NCBI GenBank assembly: GCA_964574595.1
Contig: CAZNOF010000007.1
Location: 11,703 to 75,702, forward strand
Direction of reading: 5' to 3'
Source: an uncultured Pseudomonadales bacterium
GTDB lineage: Bacteria > Patescibacteriota > Microgenomatia > UBA1400 > PJMF01
Length of the DNA: 64,000 nt
Shown: positions 27,449-35,814 of the stretch, piece after piece
How positions within the stretch are numbered: the first letter of the stretch is position 1
How the letters are laid out: the number at the start of each line of letters is the position of its first letter
Position numbers and translations under genes: made by a program
Notes under the pieces: generated by a model
The model's database searches: none
What the model was told of the DNA's origin: nothing
What the model saw: only the letters and a program-made list of their open reading frames with translations

Positions 27449-28228
27449 ATGAAAACACTCAATGCTATTCTCACTATTGCCGCTCGTGATTTGATTAAGT
27501 TACTGCGAGATCGAACCAGACTCTTGGCATCACTCATTTTCCCGTTCATTTTTATTGGTGTATTAGGAACAAGTTTGGATGCCAATCTTTCTACAAATGT
27601 TGGTTACAACTTTTTAGTTTTTGTCTTTACCGGTGTAATTGGTCAAACACTTTTTCAATCGACCGCCTCAGGAATTATTTCTTTAATTGAGGATAGAGAA
27701 AATGACTTCTCACAAGAAATGTTTGTAGCGCCGGTTTCTAGATACGCCATTTTACTGGGCAAAATTATTGGAGAGTCCTTAGTTGCCATGGTGCAACTCA
27801 TCGGTGTTTTAGCGCTGGGAGTGGTATTGCGCATTCCCTTTTCACCGGCTCAACTCCTCTCCATTCTTCCAGCCGTCATCGTCTGTTGTTTGTTTGGCGG
27901 CGCTTTTGGCACGATCGTGATGGCCAATTTGAGCGATCAACGGAAAGCCAATCAAGTTTTCCCCTTCATCATCTTCCCCCAGTCTTTCTTAGCTGGCGTT
28001 TTCACCCCAATCAAAAACTTGCCTTTACCACTCTCCTGGCTGTCCAGAATTTCACCAATGACGTATGCAGTGGACTTGGTTCGCTCAGCCTATTTTTGGG
28101 GCACACCAGAGTACTCAAAAGTTGTTCTCTACTCACCGATCATTGATTTAACCGTGATTGGAATCTCATTTGTACTGATGCTGGGAATTGGAACTTGGTT
28201 GTTTGTGAGAAATGAACGAAACAAGTAA
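27449..28228 (+). CDS. ABC-2 family transporter permease
   Basis: Six-transmembrane ABC-2 topology, 259 aa, starting 3 nt after the ATPase gene. Confidence 0.75.
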   Translation: MKTLNAILTIAARDLIKLLRDRTRLLASLIFPFIFIGVLGTSLDANLSTNVGYNFLVFVFTGVIGQTLFQSTASGIISLIEDRENDFSQEMFVAPVSRYAILLGKIIGESLVAMVQLIGVLALGVVLRIPFSPAQLLSILPAVIVCCLFGGAFGTIVMANLSDQRKANQVFPFIIFPQSFLAGVFTPIKNLPLPLSWLSRISPMTYAVDLVRSAYFWGTPEYSKVVLYSPIIDLTVIGISFVLMLGIGTWLFVRNERNK

Positions 28229-28235
28229 CTACTTG

Positions 28236-29378
28236 TTACTTCACAGGTTGAGCGGAAGATGTTGCAGTTTGAGCTGAGGCTGAAGCCACCATCTGCTGCT
28301 TCAACCAATTTTGTAAATCACCCCACTGGCCAATACCTTCTTTTGCCACAATGATGCTCTGTTTATTCTCACTCGTTGTGATCTTCAAAACATTGTCTTG
28401 GGTGAGCGCTAAATTGACAATTTTATACTTACTTAGATCGTCCTTATACTTTATAAACTCTTGAATGTCTGCCAGCGTCACATCCATTGTTAAATCGTTT
28501 GCTAGGCTGGAAGTGAATGGAATAATTTTCGGAATAAAATCGATTGCCAAAACTTTCTCTTTGACGGCCACAAACAAATTTCGTTGGCGAGCACCACGAT
28601 TGAAGTCACCTCCATCTTGGGCAGAATGGCGTGAGCGAACATATTTAAGTGCAGTTGTCCCATCCATTAAGGTCTTTCCTGCATCAAAGTGTAAGTCTTC
28701 ATATCGACAGGTAAATTGCTGATCGAGCAAATCACCAGACATAGTGGCTGTAAGTGCGGTGACTTCTTCAGGAGTCTTGCCGCATGTGTCATCTTCTTTA
28801 CCTTCAATAGGATAGTGAAAATCGTCAAACGTTTTGTCAACTTTTACATTTACACCACCTAAAGTATCAATGGTCTTTTTAAATCCGTTGAAGTCTAAAG
28901 TGGCAAATCGATCAACAGGTAACCCAGTCACTTTGTTGACAACATACTTCGCTAACTCACCGCCACCAGCTTTGCCTGTAAACTGTGGCTTTTTAGAGGG
29001 ATAGCCTCTATCGTCAGCTCCAATTGCGTAGGCGGCGTTGATTTTCCAGTAACTTTCTTCATCACCTTTAATTGGCAGTGGCACCCATAGATCTCGAGGA
29101 ATGGAAATTAAGAAGACCTGTTTTTGTTGAGGTTGGACAGAAACCAGCATGATGGTGTCTGTCAGCTTGCCACCTTGATGCGTACCTCCACCATATCCCA
29201 TTAGCAAGACATTGAATGGTTCTAAACCGTTAAAGCCTTCTACTTTTGGCTTAGGCGTAGGTGTAGCACTATAGTTTGAATGAACTGTCACCTGGTTAAA
29301 AGAGCCGTAAAAGAAGACTGCTAATGCAACAGTCGCAGCAAGTAATAAGAGGCCAAGAATGATCAGTATTTTCTTCAT
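28236..29378 (-). CDS. LCP family protein (LytR-CpsA-Psr cell-envelope polymer transferase)
   Basis: N-terminal membrane anchor plus the LCP core (FNVLLMGYGGG...LTDTIMLVSVQP...ISIPRDLWVPLP). Confidence 0.8.
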   Translation of the reverse strand: MKKILIILGLLLLAATVALAVFFYGSFNQVTVHSNYSATPTPKPKVEGFNGLEPFNVLLMGYGGGTHQGGKLTDTIMLVSVQPQQKQVFLISIPRDLWVPLPIKGDEESYWKINAAYAIGADDRGYPSKKPQFTGKAGGGELAKYVVNKVTGLPVDRFATLDFNGFKKTIDTLGGVNVKVDKTFDDFHYPIEGKEDDTCGKTPEEVTALTATMSGDLLDQQFTCRYEDLHFDAGKTLMDGTTALKYVRSRHSAQDGGDFNRGARQRNLFVAVKEKVLAIDFIPKIIPFTSSLANDLTMDVTLADIQEFIKYKDDLSKYKIVNLALTQDNVLKITTSENKQSIIVAKEGIGQWGDLQNWLKQQMVASASAQTATSSAQPVK

Positions 29379-29473
29379 ATTTTGTGAAAAGTGAGCTTAC
29401 AGGATACCACTTCCCTCGAGTTTCGACTATCCATAAAATATCTCAGCACCTCAAATTTGTCATTTAAGGTACA

Positions 29474-29650
29474 ATGAGCGCAATGAAAAAACGTTACTGT
29501 TTCAATTGTGGTAAACCAAGAAACTCACTTCATCGCATTAAAATTGATGCTTCACAAAAGTGGTTGCTAGTTTGCGACAACTGTATTACTCAATTTGAAA
29601 AACTCCCACAATTCCAAGAAGGCACTAATTGGAGTAAAAAAGCTGATTAG
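29474..29650 (+). CDS. small zinc-ribbon protein, 58 aa (CFNCGK ... LVCDNC)
   Basis: Two CxxC pairs spaced about 30 residues apart. AGG ribosome-binding-like sequence 5 nt upstream. TAG stop. Below the track's size cut-off. Confidence 0.4.
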   Translation: MSAMKKRYCFNCGKPRNSLHRIKIDASQKWLLVCDNCITQFEKLPQFQEGTNWSKKAD

Positions 29651-29651
29651 C

Positions 29652-29879
29652 TTAGTATCCAAGTGATTGGTGATCTGTTCCTAATAATTTTTGTTCTCTG
29701 AAGTTTTGGTACTGACAAGTCCACTGCATTGTTCTTCGCGCGACTTTGACCCCAATCACAAATGTTAAAAGTGGCAGGGTGATAAAAAGAGCCAGGGCAA
29801 GTGTTTTAGAAAACGGAGTGACGGTCGTGAACGAGTGTTTCCAGGTTTTTGATGATTTTGTGGACGTTGTCTTTTTCAT
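29652..29879 (-). CDS. hypothetical small membrane protein (75 aa)
   Basis: ORF with a Ser/Thr/Lys-rich N-terminus and one transmembrane segment (LALALFITLPLLTFVIGV). Starts 2 nt downstream of the transketolase-half gene. Confidence 0.3.
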   Translation of the reverse strand: MKKTTSTKSSKTWKHSFTTVTPFSKTLALALFITLPLLTFVIGVKVARRTMQWTCQYQNFREQKLLGTDHQSLGY

Positions 29880-29880
29880 A

Positions 29881-30861
29881 CTATCCTTTCAGCTCAGCTT
29901 TTCTTTTCAAAACTTTTTTAACTGCTGCATGAATATCATTCGCTGTCAGATGGTACTTTTCTAAAAGCTGATCAGGCTGACCAGATTCTCCAAAAGAATC
30001 ATGCATACCCACCCGCTCAATTGGCACCGGCAAATGGCCACTCACCATTTCCGCAATCGCACTTCCCAGGCCACCCGCGATTTGATGTTCTTCTACTGTC
30101 ACAACCGCATGTGTTTTCACAATTGACTTCAAAAGAGTTTTTTCATCAAGAGGTTTAATCGTGTGGTTATTTATTACTTCAACGTGAATGTTTTCTTTTG
30201 CCAACTTTTCTGCTGCTTTGAGAGCTTCAGCCAGAATAGGCCCGCACCCAATTACAGTCACATCGCTGCCAACTTTCAGGACATTCGCTACTCCAATCTC
30301 AAAATCAGATTCAGCGACCGTAATCAGCGGACTCTTTTCTCTAGTCAGTCGTAAGTACGCTGGACCAACCAACTTTCCTAAAGCCAAGGTTGCCTTGTAA
30401 GCCTCAAAGTAATCGCATGGCACAACCACAGTTAAGTTTGGTAAGACACGAGTAATCGCGATGTCTTCTAAGGCTTGATGAGTAGCTCCATCTGGTCCAA
30501 CTGTTAATCCAGTATGTCCGCCAATAATTTTGACATTCGCTTTGGAGTAACAAACGCTGACGCGTAGTTGATCCCAATTTCTGCCAGGACTAAAAACGGC
30601 GTAACTGGCCACAAAAGGCACTTTCCCAGACAGCGCTAAGCCTGCCGCGACCCCCATCAGGTTTTGCTCGGCAACGCCAACTTCAAAAAAACGATCTGGA
30701 AATTCTTTCTCAAAGAGTTGTGCTCTGGTTGACTCACTCAGATCAGCAGATAACACTACTATCTGACGGTTCTTTTTACCTAGCTCAACTAAAGCCTTGC
30801 CAAACCCATCTCTAGTCGGCTTTTGCTCAGGAAGATTTGAAGAAAATAAATGCACCTTCAC
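29881..30861 (-). CDS. transketolase family protein, C-terminal (pyrimidine-binding) subunit only
   Basis: Characteristic motifs GVAEQNLMGVAAGLA and GPDGATHQALEDIA. 326 aa, matching the subunit-B half of split transketolases. No N-terminal TPP-binding half is adjacent. Confidence 0.8.
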   Translation of the reverse strand: MKVHLFSSNLPEQKPTRDGFGKALVELGKKNRQIVVLSADLSESTRAQLFEKEFPDRFFEVGVAEQNLMGVAAGLALSGKVPFVASYAVFSPGRNWDQLRVSVCYSKANVKIIGGHTGLTVGPDGATHQALEDIAITRVLPNLTVVVPCDYFEAYKATLALGKLVGPAYLRLTREKSPLITVAESDFEIGVANVLKVGSDVTVIGCGPILAEALKAAEKLAKENIHVEVINNHTIKPLDEKTLLKSIVKTHAVVTVEEHQIAGGLGSAIAEMVSGHLPVPIERVGMHDSFGESGQPDQLLEKYHLTANDIHAAVKKVLKRKAELKG

Positions 30862-30900
30862 ATCATAATCCGAAAGTCAGATACTAAGCAAAAGGAAATT

Positions 30901-31464
30901 ATGGCGAAACTTTTCATTCCAATAATTGTCGGTACAATTCGTCCCAAACGCGTCTCTATTTATGCGGCTGAGCTCGTTCATGAAGTTGCGGCAGCCTTCC
31001 CCGAAATTGAAACCCAGTTAATCGATCCGAATGATTTTCACCTGCCATTTGATGGAAATGATCCTGAATCAAAAGATCCCAGATATACCGAGATTACCGC
31101 GCGGGCTGACGGCTTTATCATTGTCTCACCTGAATATAATCACAGCTTTCCTGGCAGCTTAAAGAAAATGTTGGACAGTGAGCTGGCTAATTACAATCAC
31201 AAACCAGTCGCAATTGCTGGTGTTTCCAATGGCCCATGGGGCGGAGTCAGGGCAATCGAAGCACTCGTCTTAACCACCCGAGAAATGGGTCTCGTAGCCA
31301 CGGCAGTGGATATGCATTTCCCTTTTGATGAAAAGTTATTTGTGAACGGCAAGATTGTGGAAGATCAGCGCGAAAAATACGAAAACAGAATTAAAAAAAT
31401 GTACAAAGAGTTGATTTGGTTTGCGCAGATACTGAAACCTGCGAGGGAAAAAGAAGTTCAGTAA
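30901..31464 (+). CDS. NADPH-dependent FMN reductase family protein (flavodoxin-like fold)
   Basis: Motif FIIVSPEYNHSFPGSLKKMLD. AAAGGAAA ribosome-binding site immediately upstream of the ATG at 30901. The longer TTG/ATG extension from 30850 is rejected. Confidence 0.75.
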   Translation: MAKLFIPIIVGTIRPKRVSIYAAELVHEVAAAFPEIETQLIDPNDFHLPFDGNDPESKDPRYTEITARADGFIIVSPEYNHSFPGSLKKMLDSELANYNHKPVAIAGVSNGPWGGVRAIEALVLTTREMGLVATAVDMHFPFDEKLFVNGKIVEDQREKYENRIKKMYKELIWFAQILKPAREKEVQ

Positions 31465-31465
31465 C

Positions 31466-32275
31466 TTACTTTTGGTAGAAGTCTTTGAAGAGTTGTCTAC
31501 CTTGACCTTTGTCGATGTAGATTTTGATCTCTAAATATTTTTCAATCCCAGAACCCATGACTTTTTTCTTGAGCAGTTCATCCACCTGGAAAATGCCAGC
31601 CGTATGATTCATGGTAATCTCAACTTGAACCGGAGTCTTTACGCCAGTCTTGATTTCAACTTGATCAATTGCCATGGCTGAAACTGAATGAATGTCAATT
31701 TTCCCTTGCTGATATGGCAGACGTGTTCTCCCTTCAGACATGTCTAGCGCATCAGCTACTCGCACAATGCCTGCTTCAATAGTTAACGGTTTGCCATCAC
31801 TTCGGTGACTAATTATGGCGTGCAAGACTTCCGAAGTCAGAATCGTGCGCTCCGGGATTGGTAAGAAATTCAAAATTTCTCGTAGTAAAGTATTCACTAG
31901 CAACAGACTGTACTCTTCATGTCCTACTCGATGAATCGACATGCCTAAATCGTGGAGCAAGCTAGCGAGCAGCACCACCACTTCGGCGTGTTCATAGTCA
32001 TATTTATAGTCCTTCATGATCGAAAATTTGATGTCTTTTTTGTGAAGTGCCCGAGCGATCTTTAAGCTATTATTTGCCACAATATTGAAATGCAGAATTC
32101 CATGGTCTGTCATTGATAGACGATCAACAGCCGTGACATTTGTGATCTTCCACAAGGTCAGGATTTCTTCATTTGCATTAATAATATCGAGGATTTTGCT
32201 CATCAACGCATTTTTGTTGAGAGGAATTGTAATGTGTGTAGGAACCGCTTCCGTAGAGGGTTGGGTGTTGTTCAT
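31466..32275 (-). CDS. HD domain-containing phosphohydrolase
   Basis: HD motif (LASLLHDLGMSIHRVGHEEYS) with upstream His residues. Confidence 0.7.
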   Translation of the reverse strand: MNNTQPSTEAVPTHITIPLNKNALMSKILDIINANEEILTLWKITNVTAVDRLSMTDHGILHFNIVANNSLKIARALHKKDIKFSIMKDYKYDYEHAEVVVLLASLLHDLGMSIHRVGHEEYSLLLVNTLLREILNFLPIPERTILTSEVLHAIISHRSDGKPLTIEAGIVRVADALDMSEGRTRLPYQQGKIDIHSVSAMAIDQVEIKTGVKTPVQVEITMNHTAGIFQVDELLKKKVMGSGIEKYLEIKIYIDKGQGRQLFKDFYQK

Positions 32276-32300
32276 TACACCTGATATTAACTCATGTGTA

Positions 32301-32337
32301 AGAAAAGAAAAAGCACCAGGTTTTTAGGCGGGGTGCT
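32301..32337 (-). terminator. Rho-independent terminator downstream of the DEAD-box helicase gene (AGCACC ... GGTGCT stem, U-rich tail on the minus strand)
   Basis: Inverted repeat at 32312-32337, followed on the minus-strand transcript by TTTTCTTTTCT (plus-strand 32301-32311). Confidence 0.5.
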
Positions 32338-32361
32338 CTTCTTTTTAGTTTCGAATGAAAA

Positions 32362-33585
32362 TTAATCAACAAATGTTAAGGCAATGCCTTTTTTGTTGGC
32401 TCGGCCTGTTCTACCAATGCGGTGGATATAGGCTTCGTATGATTCTGGTAAGTCAAAGTTAATAACGTGAGTTACGTCATCAATATCTAAACCACGGGAT
32501 GCCACGTCAGTTGCTAAAAGCACGCGAACTCGATTACGTTTAAAGGCATCGATCGCTCTTTGGCGCTGGTTCTGTGATTTGTTGCCATGAATTGAAGCGA
32601 CCATCAGACCTCGTCGATCTAAGGTTTCAGCGAGTTTTTCAGTACCGCGTTTGGTTCTTAAAAAGACCAATACTTTACTGAACTCTTGCTGTTGCAGCAT
32701 TTCATGGAGGACATCAATTTTCAAGCGACCGGCAGTTTTCACAATATCCTGGTCTACGTTGGCTGATGTCTCACGAGATTTGACAGAAATTTTAGTTGGG
32801 TTATTCAAGAATTGTCGAGTTAATTGCTCTAATTCCATTGGCAAAGTTGCGGAGAAAAACAGTGTTTGTCTCGGTGATGGCAATTGAGAAACAATGTGTT
32901 TGACGTCTCGAATAAATCCCATGTCGACCATTTGGTCAACCTCATCTAAAACTAAGTTATTAAACAGACCTAAATTTAAAGCTCGTTGTTGCTCTAAATC
33001 TGCTAAGCGTCCTGGGGTACCAATCACGACCGCTGGATTCTGACGTAAACGTTGAATCTGTTGGTACATACTGGTTCCACCAATACATAAAGCTGAGAAT
33101 AATCTCATTCCTGTGGCAAACATCTTGAACTCTTGTTCGATTTGAACGGCAAGTTCGCGAGTTGGAGCAACGATTAAGACTCTTTGATTTTTATCTAAGG
33201 CGATTTTATTGATCAAAGGAATTAAAAAGGCGGCTGTTTTACCAGTACCAGTGTTGGCTAACCCGATGACATCGCGTCCTTCCATCAATGTAGGAATTGT
33301 TTCATCCTGAATTGAGGTTGGAGCGGTGTAACCATGGGAAGTAATATTCCTCAATAATTGCTCTGCTAAGCCAAAATCAGCAAACGTATGTTTTGCAACA
33401 TAGGCTGGAGGTTCAGCAATAGGCTGAGTTGGCGCTTTACTCACTAAGTGAGAAGGATCAAACGATTTTTGTCCTCTTCCTCCTGAGCGGCCACCACTAC
33501 CACCGCGACTTGAAAAGCCACGAGATGAGGATGATCGTCCACGAGAAGAAAAACTTCGGGATGGTCCACGAGAATTACTGTACAT
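32362..33585 (-). CDS. DEAD-box ATP-dependent RNA helicase with an N-terminal Arg/Gly/Ser-rich low-complexity extension
   Basis: Q-motif, Walker A (ANTGTGKT), DEVD (DEAD-box variant), SAT, and HRIGRTGR motifs. The first 40 residues or so are an RGG/RS-rich tract (SRGRSSSSRGFSSRGGSGGRSGGRG). Confidence 0.9.
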   Translation of the reverse strand: MYSNSRGPSRSFSSRGRSSSSRGFSSRGGSGGRSGGRGQKSFDPSHLVSKAPTQPIAEPPAYVAKHTFADFGLAEQLLRNITSHGYTAPTSIQDETIPTLMEGRDVIGLANTGTGKTAAFLIPLINKIALDKNQRVLIVAPTRELAVQIEQEFKMFATGMRLFSALCIGGTSMYQQIQRLRQNPAVVIGTPGRLADLEQQRALNLGLFNNLVLDEVDQMVDMGFIRDVKHIVSQLPSPRQTLFFSATLPMELEQLTRQFLNNPTKISVKSRETSANVDQDIVKTAGRLKIDVLHEMLQQQEFSKVLVFLRTKRGTEKLAETLDRRGLMVASIHGNKSQNQRQRAIDAFKRNRVRVLLATDVASRGLDIDDVTHVINFDLPESYEAYIHRIGRTGRANKKGIALTFVD

Positions 33586-33780
33586 AAGTACCTTTATCTA
33601 CAGCTCCTATAGAGGGCTGTGTGAGAAAAAAGATACTATAGTTTTTATTGAAAATCTTTTCTTTAAGGAGAAAAAAACAAACGAAGAATCTTATTTCTGT
33701 TAATAAGTTAGTGAAGTATACACCATTCATTCTAAAATAGCAAATGTTATAGGATTGTATTATATGTTACTATTAACTAT

Positions 33781-34170
33781 ATGAAACTCAATAAACTCAC
33801 ACCAGAGGAAGCCCACGTCATCATTGATAAAGGAAAAGAATTCCCTGGAACAGGAGAATACGACGACTTTTATGAAGATGGTATCTATATTTGCCGTCAG
33901 TGTAATACTCCACTGTATAAATCTGACGATAAGTTCAATGCCAACTGTGGTTGGCCAGCATTTGATAAAGAAATTCCAGGTGCAGTGAAACGCATTCCCG
34001 ATGCGGACGGCATCCGGGTAGAAATTCAGTGCAATACATGTGGAGCACACTTAGGACATGTTTTTACAGGTGAGCACTTTACTGAGACTAACGATCGACA
34101 CTGCGTCAACTCTCTGTCTATGAAGTTCATTCCGGCTGGTCAGAAAATTCCGAAAGTAGGTGAAAAATGA
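33781..34170 (+). CDS. msrB: peptide-methionine (R)-S-oxide reductase
   Basis: SelR/MsrB zinc motifs CRQC ... CNTC and the catalytic region (GWPAF...HLGHVF). Confidence 0.9.
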   Translation: MKLNKLTPEEAHVIIDKGKEFPGTGEYDDFYEDGIYICRQCNTPLYKSDDKFNANCGWPAFDKEIPGAVKRIPDADGIRVEIQCNTCGAHLGHVFTGEHFTETNDRHCVNSLSMKFIPAGQKIPKVGEK

Positions 34171-34709
34171 GTACAACAACACTTCAAACTGCTGTCTTTG
34201 GCGGAGGTTGTTTTTGGTGTACCGAAGCTGTTTTCTCCAAGTTAAAGGGCGTGGAATCAGTTACATCAGGATATGCGGGCGGTAAAATCGCAAATCCAAG
34301 CTACTTTCAAGTGAGCGAAGAGCTGACTGGGCATGCTGAGGTAGTTAAAATTGAGTTTGATCCAACAATCATCACTTACAATCAATTGCTGGATATTTTT
34401 TGGCACGTCCATGATCCTACGACTTTGAATCAGCAAGGTGCTGATGTTGGAACCCAATATCGATCAATCATTCTCTATACTTCAGCTGAGCAACAAAAAC
34501 AGGCGGAGGCGATGCTAGCAAAATTAAAAGAAACGAATGAGTTCAGAGCACCTATCGTGACTGAAATCAAACAACTAGACACTTTTTATACTGCAGAAGA
34601 GTATCACCAAAAGTACTACGAAAATAATGAAAGCCAACCATATTGTGAGGTCGTCATTAATCCAAAAATTCAAAAATTCTTGAAAAAGTATGCTGATTTA
34701 GTGAAGTGA
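34167..34709 (+). CDS. msrA: peptide-methionine (S)-S-oxide reductase
   Basis: The GCFWC active-site motif (FGGGCFWCTEAVF). Overlaps msrB by 4 nt. Confidence 0.9.
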   Translation: MSTTTLQTAVFGGGCFWCTEAVFSKLKGVESVTSGYAGGKIANPSYFQVSEELTGHAEVVKIEFDPTIITYNQLLDIFWHVHDPTTLNQQGADVGTQYRSIILYTSAEQQKQAEAMLAKLKETNEFRAPIVTEIKQLDTFYTAEEYHQKYYENNESQPYCEVVINPKIQKFLKKYADLVK

Positions 34710-34710
34710 A

Positions 34711-34998
34711 CTATTTTTTGGATGACTTTTTGACAATCTTGGCTGGTTTAACTACTGCGACCGTTTCCGAGACTGTCACACTCTGTTTTTGGAAAAATGC
34801 TAAGTAAATAATTGGCAAGATACCCATCGTGCTCAGCATGAAGAGAAATCAAAACCAGACCGCTTGGCCGTTGCGATCAGCTCTCCACACTGCATACCCT
34901 TTCAAGGCAATTTCCAGGACAATCAACGGAATCAAGAAGAAAAATAATGAGCTAGAAAATACTGCTGGCCAAAATGGATTGCGGTAACTGTTATACAT
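34711..34998 (-). pseudogene. DUF5652-like small two-transmembrane membrane protein gene interrupted by an in-frame TGA at codon 50 (34849..34851)
   Basis: GGAGG ribosome-binding site 4 nt upstream of the ATG. The frame reads MYNSYRNPFWPAVFSSSLFFFLIPLIVLEIALKGYAVWRADRNGQAVWF-TGA-FLFMLSTMGILPIIYLAFFQ... to a TAG at 34711. Both halves resemble the conserved KGxALW...WF...LNTxGILPIIYL pattern of a Patescibacteria-associated small protein family (from memory). Confidence 0.4.
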
Positions 34999-35013
34999 AC
35001 ATCCTCCTACCCC

Positions 35014-35196
35014 TTAATTTTTGATCAATTTATAGGTAATTACAAGCCCAATTGCTCCACCCAAACTACTCGTTAACACACCAGCTACAGAAAAGAGCGT
35101 GCCACCCCAAAGTGATGGCAAGTATCCACCAATGATTGAGCCAATGGTCACACCAAGATACATCAGCGTTTTTGAAGACATAGTTGAGTCTAGCAT
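35014..35196 (-). CDS. small Gly-rich membrane protein (60 aa, two transmembrane segments)
   Basis: The ATG overlaps the TAA of the upstream PRTase gene (TAATG). Hydrophobic Gly-rich helices (LGVTIGSIIGGYLPSLWGG...LGGAIGLVITY). Confidence 0.4.
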   Translation of the reverse strand: MLDSTMSSKTLMYLGVTIGSIIGGYLPSLWGGTLFSVAGVLTSSLGGAIGLVITYKLIKN

Positions 35197-35813
35197 TATT
35201 TGAGTAGTTGAACTTGATCGTTTCGGTCAATTCGTTTGACCCTGATGCAGGAGAAGGTTTTTACGCCCATTTGTTCGACTCGCTCAATTCCTCCCTGCCA
35301 AACTTTATCAAAAAGCACAGCAAAACCGACAACGACGACGCCTCTTTTTTGGAGTGCCTCAATAATGACATGCGCTGTATCGCCTTTCGCGCAAACATCA
35401 TCTACCAGTAAAACGCGATCCCCTTTTCTGACAAACGAAAAGTTCAGGCCAGAAAAAACATCCACTCCACCTAAGCTCCCCGTAAATGACCTAACTTCCT
35501 GCCGCATGATCTCTTTCCAAGTTGCCGGGACAAATTGATCTTTTCTTGAACTATGTAAATGGACTGGATTTTTTAAGGCTAAAGAGACAGCAGTAGCAAA
35601 GTAAGTTCCAGAGTGCGGAATACCGTGCACAATCTGAATTTTCTCATCATCAAAATGGGCAGCCACAAGTCTTGCAGCTGCTTGGAGCACGCGAGAATCA
35701 ATCCGTAGATTAAAACTTGGTACAGACAAGTAGCCTCGGGCAGCATCAAATACTTTGGCATCTTGCAAAAATTGTTCTTTAAGGAAGGTCTGATCACCCA
35801 ATTGTTCATGCAT
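35196..35813 (-). CDS. type I phosphoribosyltransferase family protein (purine/pyrimidine salvage-type)
   Basis: PRPP-binding motif VLLVDDVCAKGDT. 205 aa. Adjacent to purine genes. Confidence 0.7.
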   Translation of the reverse strand: MHEQLGDQTFLKEQFLQDAKVFDAARGYLSVPSFNLRIDSRVLQAAARLVAAHFDDEKIQIVHGIPHSGTYFATAVSLALKNPVHLHSSRKDQFVPATWKEIMRQEVRSFTGSLGGVDVFSGLNFSFVRKGDRVLLVDDVCAKGDTAHVIIEALQKRGVVVVGFAVLFDKVWQGGIERVEQMGVKTFSCIRVKRIDRNDQVQLLK

Positions 35814-35814
35814 A

